Assembly: GCA_038850285.1 (NCBI GenBank)
Contig: JAWCMA010000002.1
Location: forward strand, 43,773 to 67,772
Length of the DNA stretch: 24,000 nucleotides
Direction: 5' to 3'
From: Methanocellales archaeon
GTDB taxonomy: Archaea > Halobacteriota > JAWCLZ01
Shown here one piece after another: positions 17,443-24,000 of this stretch. The first letter of the stretch is position 1. Each line of letters starts with the position of its first letter. The notes under the pieces were generated by a model. That model was not told the DNA's origin. It worked only from the letters and a program-made list of their open reading frames with translations, and made no database searches. A program made the position numbers and the translations under genes.

Positions 17443-18003
17443 TTAGCTTTTAGCTATTAGCCAGCGAGCTAGTTTAGAGAGGGATTTGCTTCTATGGGAT
17501 ACCTTGTTTTTCTCCTCGACTGTAAGCTCAGCGAATGTTTTAGCGCCATATAGAAAGATTGGATCAAAGCCAAAGCCAGAGCTGCCTTTAGCTTCATAGC
17601 TTATTTTTCCTCTAACGATTCCGCTGAAAATTTTTATGTTTTCACCATCGTGATAGGCTACAACTGATTTGAAATAGGCTTCTCTTTTTTCAACTCCCTG
17701 CATCAACCTGAGTAATCCAATGTTGCCAATTGTTTTAAAAACATATGAGGAATAAGGCCCTGGGAAGCCATTTAATGCCTTAATAAACAAACCTGAGTCC
17801 TCTACGAATAGGGGTTTTTTCAATTTAGAATAGCAATATTCAGCGCCATACCTAGCAATTTCCATCAAGCTATTGGACTGAATCTCAGGGTATTTTAGAT
17901 TTAGCTGGGCAATTTCAACATTAAGTTTGCTTAAGAATTTCCGAGCTTCTTCAACCTTCCCCAGGTTGCTGGTTATGAAAAGCAGTTTTTTATTCAACAG
18001 CAA
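17443..18003 (-). CDS. rdgB: Non-canonical purine NTP (XTP/dITP) pyrophosphatase, Ham1 family
   Basis: TSN.GK..E, EIQ, EDSGL.I.ALNGFPGPYS, GFGFDPIF, KN..SHR. Confidence 0.96.
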   Translation of the reverse strand: MLLNKKLLFITSNLGKVEEARKFLSKLNVEIAQLNLKYPEIQSNSLMEIARYGAEYCYSKLKKPLFVEDSGLFIKALNGFPGPYSSYVFKTIGNIGLLRLMQGVEKREAYFKSVVAYHDGENIKIFSGIVRGKISYEAKGSSGFGFDPIFLYGAKTFAELTVEEKNKVSHRSKSLSKLARWLIAKS

Positions 18004-18577
18004 TATACCTCCCCCTAGTCTCTATCTCTTTAACTCTAGCTAGCACTTCTTCAGCATGTTTAAATGCTGATTTATAGCCCTTAATAAAACTTGCAACTAG
18101 TTTTTCATAATCCGCATGAGTGCTGTTGAATGTCTGGAAGAGCACGTGTACATCTACCCCTCTTGCTTCTAACTCGTGGCTGTAGAAAGCAAGTCCGAAG
18201 TCTATGAAGTAGATTTTACTATTGCTAAGGATCATATTTGAAGTGGTTAAATCCCCATGGATTATACCCGCGCTGTGAAGTCTTCCCACGAGTACACCAA
18301 TTCTCTCGCTGAGTTCCTCATTTAAAATGTATTTAAGCTGCTTCCCGGGGATGTATTCCATGGTAATTTCAAAGTCATCTATGTCAAAAATAATTGGAGT
18401 GGGAACACCGCTTTTTCTAGCATCAGAAGTAATCTTCGCCTCAATTTTATTCCTTTCCCTCCTTAAAGCTTCATCGATTTCTCGAACTCTATATCGCTTG
18501 GAAATTCTTCGCTTTACCACATATTCGCCTTTGAATTCCACAATAGCCTCCGCGCCCTGTGTTCTCTCCATTTTCAT
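17990..18577 (-). CDS. bud32: KEOPS complex kinase Bud32 (stand-alone)
   Basis: GAEA, VVK.R..K.YR...D..LR..R...EA, MEYI.G, HGDLTTSN, IDFGL, VD.H, I..RGRY. Confidence 0.94.
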   Translation of the reverse strand: MKMERTQGAEAIVEFKGEYVVKRRISKRYRVREIDEALRRERNKIEAKITSDARKSGVPTPIIFDIDDFEITMEYIPGKQLKYILNEELSERIGVLVGRLHSAGIIHGDLTTSNMILSNSKIYFIDFGLAFYSHELEARGVDVHVLFQTFNSTHADYEKLVASFIKGYKSAFKHAEEVLARVKEIETRGRYIAVE

Positions 18578-18579
18578 CC

Positions 18580-19620
18580 CTACCAGAAAATTTTCCCGCG
18601 AGCCTTTACAAGCTCACCAGTGATTGATATTTTTCCCCCGCATTGCCTGCAGCTCTTCTCAGGGGTTATCTCGTGATAAATTGAATGAAAACCACGGCGC
18701 TCTATCAAAAGAGCGCCGCATTCATAGTGATAGGTATTCTCATATCTATGTCCACGAACATTGCCAATATAGGGATATTTCAAGCCCTCTTGCTTTGCAA
18801 TTTCAACTGCTTTCTCCAGGGTTTTAACTGGCGTAGGGTAATGCTGAGACATTTTATGCATGGGTGTGAAGCGAGTGAAGTGAATAGGGGTATCCTGCCC
18901 GAGGTTTTCATATACCCATTTCGCGAGAGCGCGAATTTCCACTTCAGAATCATTTTTCTCAGGGATTATAAGATTGATTACTTCAACATGCATTCCTAGT
19001 TCTCTAGCTTTCTTCGCAGAATTAAGCACGGGCTGAAGCTTTGCTGAGCAGATTTCTTCATAGAATCTATCGCTGAATGCCTTTATATCCACCCGAAATG
19101 CATCTAAATAAGGAGCAATGTATTTCAGTGCTTTAAGGGTTATATAGCCATTGGTTACATAAACTGTGTATAAACCAGCTTGCTTCGCGAGTTTAGCGGT
19201 GTCATAGGTGTATTCAAACCAGATCGCTGGCTCGTTATATGTCCACGCTATGCCCTTGCAATCACTTGCAATTGCATACTCAACTGCTTCCTCAGGTGGA
19301 ATTTCAACCGCTAGACTTGGATCAGGTTTAGCGTGGGAAATCCTCCAGTTTTGACAGTGATTGCATCTAAAGTTGCAGCTAAGCGTGCCAAGGGAATACA
19401 CCAAGCTTCCGGGGTAGAAGTGATAAAGTGGCTTTTTCTCGATTGGGTCTACATTTTCCGAGGAAACCCAGCTATATATTATAGAATAAAGCTTGCCCTC
19501 TTTATTCTCCCGGGTTAAGCAAAAACCTTTTTTGTCTTGAGCAATGATGCATTCTCTAGCACAGATGTTGCATTTAACTTTATTCTCCTCAAGCTTTTCA
19601 TAGAGATAGGCTTCTTTCAT
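18580..19620 (-). CDS. AmmeMemoRadiSam-system radical SAM enzyme
   Basis: KEA.LY, C.IC...C......GFC..R.N, DPIEKKPLYHF.PG, CNFRC.HCQNW.IS, TYNEP, VTNGY, D.KAF, P.HFTRF.P, Y.GNV. ATG 19620 is preferred to the GTG at 19668. Confidence 0.92.
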   Translation of the reverse strand: MKEAYLYEKLEENKVKCNICARECIIAQDKKGFCLTRENKEGKLYSIIYSWVSSENVDPIEKKPLYHFYPGSLVYSLGTLSCNFRCNHCQNWRISHAKPDPSLAVEIPPEEAVEYAIASDCKGIAWTYNEPAIWFEYTYDTAKLAKQAGLYTVYVTNGYITLKALKYIAPYLDAFRVDIKAFSDRFYEEICSAKLQPVLNSAKKARELGMHVEVINLIIPEKNDSEVEIRALAKWVYENLGQDTPIHFTRFTPMHKMSQHYPTPVKTLEKAVEIAKQEGLKYPYIGNVRGHRYENTYHYECGALLIERRGFHSIYHEITPEKSCRQCGGKISITGELVKARGKIFW

Positions 19621-19708
19621 CGATTCAAAAATAGCCCTCTGCCTATATCTCTTTTTCTTTGCATCCACATAGGTATTTTATACTGCAAAATGACTTAAAT
19701 TATCATTA

Positions 19709-21409
19709 ATGCTTGACCTAAAAATCTTGATCGAGAAATATGCTCTTCAAAATGCAATTAAATATGACTCAATACCTCTAGCTAGTGCTGTTATTGGCAA
19801 GGTAATGGCTGAACATGAGGAGTTAAGATCCAGGGCAAGGGAAATATCCATTCTCGCTAGTGAAGTAATCACGAGTGTGAAAAAATTATCTAAAGAAGAG
19901 AGAATCACTCGACTTAAAGAGATCGCTCCAGAGTTACTTGAGAAAATGTGGGAGGAGAAGCATAGAGAGCGCGGTTTGCCGGAGTTAAAGGGAGTTTTAA
20001 CTGGTGGAAAAGCTGTGCTAAGGATTGCACCCAATCCAAATGGTCCCCCGACTCTTGGCAATGCCCGAGGGATAATAATAAATCATGAATATGCAAGGCG
20101 CTATAATGGCAAATTTATAATGCGCTTCGATGACACCGATCCAGCGACCAAGCGACCCATGCTTGAAGCATATCAATGGTATTTGGAGGACGCTGAGTGG
20201 TTGGGTGCGAAGCCTGATGAAGTTATAGCAGCTTCAGATCGCATAGAATTATACTATAAATACGCTGAAGAACTCATTAAACTTGGAAAAGCCTATGTAT
20301 GCTTTTGCTCTAGGGAAGAATTCAAAAAACTAAAGGATGCAATGCAAGCTTGCCCTCATCGTGAAACCCCTCCGGAGGAAAATGCCAAGCACTGGCAGAG
20401 CATGCTAAAGGGAAACTATGATACTGGAGAAGCAGTGCTGCGCATCAAAACAGATATCCAGCATAAAGACCCAGCTCTCCGAGACTGGGTGGCATTTCGA
20501 GTCATAAAAGCAGATCACCCTAGAGTGGGCAGGAAATACGTGGTCTGGCCAACGTTGGACTTTGAATCTGCAATTGAAGATCACTTGCTCGGCACCACGC
20601 ATATAATACGCGGAAAGGATCTTATGGATAGTGAGAAGAGACAGAGATATATCTATGAATACTTTGGATGGACATATCCAGTTACACTTCACTGGGGGAG
20701 AATTAAAATACATGAATTTGGCAAATTCAGCACAAGTGCAACTAGAAAGGCAATTGAGCAGGGGATATATGCAGGCTGGGATGACCCTAGGCTACCTATT
20801 ATAAGAGCGCTTAAGCGCAGGGGCATAGCTCCTGAGGCAATTCGGCGCTTTATAATTGAGATGGGTATAACTGAAACAGATATAGCTGTGAGCATGGAAA
20901 CTCTATATAGTATTAATAGAAGTATCATTGATCCCAGAGCAAATCGCTATTTCTTTGTTCATAACCCGGTGAAAATGCAAATCCTTGATGCAAGTCCAGT
21001 GGTTGTAAAAGCACTTCTTCATCCAAAGGAGAAACGTGGATTTAGAGAAATCCAAGTTGGCTGTGAATTGTTCATCAGTGAATCTGATTATAGAAATCTA
21101 GCGATTAAGCAAAAACTGCGCTTGAAAGACCTTTATAATATAGAGATCGAGAGCTTGAAGCCACTTGTTGCAAGATGCATTGGTAATGATCTAAATTTAG
21201 TTAAACAGGGAGCGATGATAATACACTGGGCTCCAGTTAATGGAATAAAGGTAAAGGTAATAGCACCTGAGGGAATCTACGAGGGCATTGGAGAGAGAAA
21301 TATTTTAAGTGAAAAGGTGGATAGCATTGTGCAATTCGAGCGCTTTGCATTTTGCAGAATTGATAAAATAAGCGAGAGCGAGGTAATCGCCTACTGGACA
21401 CATAAATAG
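19709..21409 (+). CDS. gltX: Glutamyl-tRNA synthetase (archaeal type)
   Basis: R.APNPNGPPTLGNARG (HIGH variant), RFDDTDP, ASDR, AYVC.C, DPALRDW, WPT.DF, THIIRGKD, KFSTS (KMSKS variant), GWDDPRL, QFERF.F.R.D. Confidence 0.97.
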   Translation: MLDLKILIEKYALQNAIKYDSIPLASAVIGKVMAEHEELRSRAREISILASEVITSVKKLSKEERITRLKEIAPELLEKMWEEKHRERGLPELKGVLTGGKAVLRIAPNPNGPPTLGNARGIIINHEYARRYNGKFIMRFDDTDPATKRPMLEAYQWYLEDAEWLGAKPDEVIAASDRIELYYKYAEELIKLGKAYVCFCSREEFKKLKDAMQACPHRETPPEENAKHWQSMLKGNYDTGEAVLRIKTDIQHKDPALRDWVAFRVIKADHPRVGRKYVVWPTLDFESAIEDHLLGTTHIIRGKDLMDSEKRQRYIYEYFGWTYPVTLHWGRIKIHEFGKFSTSATRKAIEQGIYAGWDDPRLPIIRALKRRGIAPEAIRRFIIEMGITETDIAVSMETLYSINRSIIDPRANRYFFVHNPVKMQILDASPVVVKALLHPKEKRGFREIQVGCELFISESDYRNLAIKQKLRLKDLYNIEIESLKPLVARCIGNDLNLVKQGAMIIHWAPVNGIKVKVIAPEGIYEGIGERNILSEKVDSIVQFERFAFCRIDKISESEVIAYWTHK

Positions 21410-21417
21410 GGATTGAG

Positions 21418-22032
21418 ATGCCAGTTGATTATCTCCTTGCCTTCGCAGTGCTTTTCACTCTTGCTTGCATTCTCTGGGCAATCTCAAGCTATAGCTTGAG
21501 GAGAGCCAAGCGCAATACCATTTCCCATCTCAAAAAATTTGCCGAGCACATTAATGCATCGCATAGCTATAGCTTTTTTCTGGATTACGATAAAGCAAAG
21601 GGAGAGCATCGCAACCATAGCTTTGAATATAAGTTCTTTGAACGCCGAGGAGCTTGGCTCAGTTTAACTATATTGCTGAAGGAAACCCTTGATTTTTATA
21701 TTAGAATTGCAAGGAAATCGCTGAGGGAGTCCATAATTAAGGGAAGGAAAATAGATCTAGAAAGAGGAGATTTGCTACCTTTCCTTGAAAACACGCTTGT
21801 GATCAAAACCAGCGATTCAAAATTGGCTAAAGCACTGCTTGATTCAAGCACGCAGGCAATTGTGCTTCGCTTATTTGAGGATTTTAAAATCGCTAAAATG
21901 GAGATAAATCAAGGAGTGCTGAGGATTGATATAAGCGATCCCGAGATTGCAGGGGAGAAGTACTTTAGCACGCTGCTTGATATAGCAATTGACTTTGCAG
22001 AGCAAGCTGAGAAAAGAGTTGGCTTAGGCTAA
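21418..22032 (+). CDS. Hypothetical protein with a single N-terminal transmembrane helix
   Basis: Hydrophobic LLAFAVLFTLACILWAI followed by the basic RRAKR; starts 8 bp after gltX; no family recognised with confidence. Confidence 0.65.
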   Translation: MPVDYLLAFAVLFTLACILWAISSYSLRRAKRNTISHLKKFAEHINASHSYSFFLDYDKAKGEHRNHSFEYKFFERRGAWLSLTILLKETLDFYIRIARKSLRESIIKGRKIDLERGDLLPFLENTLVIKTSDSKLAKALLDSSTQAIVLRLFEDFKIAKMEINQGVLRIDISDPEIAGEKYFSTLLDIAIDFAEQAEKRVGLG

Positions 22033-22646
22033 TGTATGCGATATGGCTCTTCCCTCCAAGTAGTCTCCATATCGAACATAAGCCCTTTTTGGCAGCCTCC
22101 GCAGACTCTTTTAAATTCACAGCGTCCGCATTTGCCCTTTGCTTCTCAGGGTCACGCAATTCTTGGAATTCCCGAATTAAACAGATCTCCGCGAAGGGTT
22201 TATCTCGTACATTTCCACCTATAAGTGGAAGATATCCACATGGCTGAATATCTCCCGTGCTTGAGATGAAGCAGAAACCAGTACGGCTAAGCAGCCTTTG
22301 GTAACTTGCTCAAGTGGAGCTTTCTGCTCGGCTTTCTTCAAACCTTTTTGATGCATTATCTATAACCAAAGTTGTCGATAGAAGGAGCATTTATTTTAAA
22401 CTCTCTTGCGGTGATATATCTCGCGATATCAAAAACATCCTTCGAAGAAGCGGCTTTCCACCTAATATAACCCTGGCTTGCAAAACATAGCTATACTTTA
22501 AATTAAATTTTCAACTTCACAGGTTAGCTCTCTAGATTCGAGTGTGTTATTGCTGAGATCGGCAGTGTTTGCAGGTTAAATTGCAAGCTCTTGTGAGCTT
22601 TAGAGCAATCAGCCCTGGCTTAATTTGAGTTTTATATTCATTTCAT
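22029..22646 (-). pseudogene. ahbD: Decayed AhbD-like (heme b synthase) radical SAM/SPASM gene
   Basis: Minus-strand fragments in changing frames: KPGLIALKLTRACNLTCKHCR (CxxxCxxC at 22562-22585); ELTCEVENLI*SIAMFCKP; GGKPLLR/DVFDIARY; YR/IMHQ..VTKGCLA/TGFCFISSTGDIQPCGYLPLIGGNVRDKPF; ELRDP/KGKCGRCEFKRVCGGC/RAYVRYGDYL/EEPY. Many frameshifts, stops and a large internal deletion. The 5' boundary is approximate. Confidence 0.85.
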
Positions 22647-22667
22647 TTTTTGGGTTAATAGGTAAAT

Positions 22668-22697
22668 TAAGCAAAATATTTAATTTAAACTTGCTTA
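22668..22697. promoter_or_regulatory. Inverted repeat TAAGCAA-N16-TTGCTTA around an AT-rich TATA-like core upstream of larA
   Basis: Perfect 7-bp arms at 22668-22674 and 22691-22697; spacer AATATTTAATTTAAAC. Confidence 0.4.
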
Positions 22698-22717
22698 TCA
22701 ATCTTTGAGGTAATTGA

Positions 22718-23971
22718 ATGGCAAGAATTCCATTGAAATACGGTAAAAGTGAAGTTGAGATTGAAATTCCAGATCCAAATTTGCAGCAGATATTGAAACC
22801 AAATGAAATTCCCCCTCTTGGCGATGGAGAGATCTCGCGAGCATTGCAAAATCCAATTGCTTCGAAGCGACTATCTGAAATTGTGAAGCGCGGGGATAAA
22901 GTGGCAATAATTGCTAGCGATATCACGCGTCCAGCTCCATCTAAGAAGATGCTTCCACCTTTGCTTGAGGAATTGAATAAAGGAGGGGTAATGGACGAGG
23001 ATATCACTATAATCTTCGCTTTAGGTATCCATCGCAAGCAAACTATTGAGGAGCAAAAAAACTTAGTGGGAGAAGCTATTTATAATAGAATTAAATGCAT
23101 CGACCACGACCCGGAGAATGTTGTTAGTATTGGCAGAACAAAGAATGGCACGCGAATTGAAGTATTCAAACCAATTTTCGATGCAGATATTGTGGTCTGC
23201 ACAGGGAATATTGAGTTCCACTACTTCGCAGGCTACAGCGGTGGAGCCAAAGCTATAATGCCAGGTGTATGCTCTAAGACAACCATTCAAGATAACCATA
23301 GTCAAATGCTGCATCCAAAAGCAGCTGCGGGGGTTCTTGAGGGCAATCCTGTTCGCGAAGATATGGAGGAAGTGGGAGAGAAAGTTGGCATAGATTTTAT
23401 TTTAAATGTGGTATTGAATGAGAAGAAGGAAATTGTAAAAGCAGTTGCGGGTCATCCAATACTTGCCCATCGCGAGGGCTTGAAATATGTGGATGCTATG
23501 TATAAAATACCCATTGAAAAGCCTGCTGATATAGTAATAGCCTCAGCTGGCGGCTTTCCAAAGGATATTAATCTCTATCAAGCTCAAAAAGCGCTTGACA
23601 ATGCTAAAAATGCAGTGCGCGAAGGCGGTACGATAATTCTCCTTGGCGAGTGCAGCGATGGACTTGGCGAGCGCGTGTTTGAACGTTGGATCAATGAGGC
23701 TTTAAATCCAGAGGATGTGCTTCAAAAGATTAAAAGCAAATTTGAACTAGGCGGCCATAAACTCGGGGCAATAGCACTGGTGCGGAAGAAAGCTGAAATA
23801 TATATTGTTTCCAAGCTCTCAGAGGAACTCGTGAGGAAAGCATTTCTCACCCCATTTAAAGATGTGCAAAGGGCTTTAAAAAGTGCCTTCCTCAAGCACG
23901 GTAATAATGCAAGTATCATTGTCATGCCCTATGGTGGTTCAACGCTGCCATTTATAACTGGAGGAATATGA
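22718..23971 (+). CDS. larA: LarA-family nickel-pincer-dependent lactate/2-hydroxy-acid racemase or epimerase
   Basis: AL.NPI.S..L, SDITR, ALG.HR, HD, HYFAGYSGG.K...PG, NH, NP.REDM, GG.P.D.NLYQ..KA, C..G.G, GGHK. Substrate cannot be determined from motifs. Confidence 0.9.
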   Translation: MARIPLKYGKSEVEIEIPDPNLQQILKPNEIPPLGDGEISRALQNPIASKRLSEIVKRGDKVAIIASDITRPAPSKKMLPPLLEELNKGGVMDEDITIIFALGIHRKQTIEEQKNLVGEAIYNRIKCIDHDPENVVSIGRTKNGTRIEVFKPIFDADIVVCTGNIEFHYFAGYSGGAKAIMPGVCSKTTIQDNHSQMLHPKAAAGVLEGNPVREDMEEVGEKVGIDFILNVVLNEKKEIVKAVAGHPILAHREGLKYVDAMYKIPIEKPADIVIASAGGFPKDINLYQAQKALDNAKNAVREGGTIILLGECSDGLGERVFERWINEALNPEDVLQKIKSKFELGGHKLGAIALVRKKAEIYIVSKLSEELVRKAFLTPFKDVQRALKSAFLKHGNNASIIVMPYGGSTLPFITGGI

Positions 23972-24000
23972 TTAGGATAGATGATGTTGATCTTAAAATC
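23968..24000 (+). CDS. Start of an Lrp/AsnC-type HTH protein (possibly siroheme decarboxylase AhbA); truncated by the window end
   Basis: ATGA overlap with the larA stop and GGAGG upstream. MIRIDDVDLKI fits the D..D..I start of Lrp/AsnC proteins. Only 11 codons are visible. Confidence 0.45.
   Translation, partial: MIRIDDVDLKI

Noticed and set aside
21965-22247. ORFs 21965-22159 (-), 22032-22247 (+) and 22036-22224 (+)
   Set aside because: They are out-of-frame or antisense readings of the ahbD pseudogene; only the first few residues (LRDPEK) of the minus-strand ORF are in the ancestral frame.
22609-23037. 142-aa minus-strand ORF
   Set aside because: Mostly antisense to larA and running through the promoter; no motif.
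595-23925. Many short antisense or alternate-frame ORFs in the track (e.g. 595-861, 3039-3347, 8601-8828, 13692-14036, 14450-14854, 18327-18999, 19747-20928, 23063-23925)
   Set aside because: They lie within well-supported genes and carry no recognisable motifs, so they are treated as shadow ORFs.
1-24000. Apparent abundance of AGCT and CTAG tetramers
   Set aside because: Visual impression only; observed/expected k-mer counts are needed, and Ala/Leu codon usage may explain it.
1-24000. tRNA, rRNA, CRISPR array, IS element or integrase
   Set aside because: Intergenic gaps are short and AT-rich; no cloverleaf, spaced direct repeats, terminal inverted repeats or transposase motifs were seen.

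Overview
Archaeal chromosomal window (roughly 40% GC by eye, densely coding, BRE/TATA-like promoters). The GluRS HIGH variant (PNPNGPPTLGNARG), the TFS C-terminus (WWMRQLR..DESEVRFF) and cofC/cofG/cofH suggest an F420-using Halobacteriota lineage related to Methanosarcinia/Methanocellia; this is inferred from remembered motifs, not a search. Most genes are housekeeping or central metabolism: rnz (partial), priL, pcn, tfs, cofC-cofG-cofH, pelA, tpiA, FBP aldolase/phosphatase, rdgB, bud32, an AmmeMemoRadiSam enzyme, gltX and larA. Less ordinary elements: (1) an ACT+V4R ligand-binding protein coupled to a GH15 hydrolase that converges on a GT4 glycosyltransferase; (2) an accessory islet with a frameshifted minimal nucleotidyltransferase, a palindrome and a membrane-anchored transglutaminase-like protein; (3) a two-subunit AOR-family oxidoreductase divergent from a Get3/ArsA-like ATPase with a C-terminal alpha-crystallin-like domain and an overlapping small helical ORF; (4) a heavily decayed ahbD-like (heme synthase) radical SAM/SPASM pseudogene missing from the ORF track; (5) several intergenic inverted repeats. 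No tRNA, rRNA, CRISPR array or transposase was recognised.
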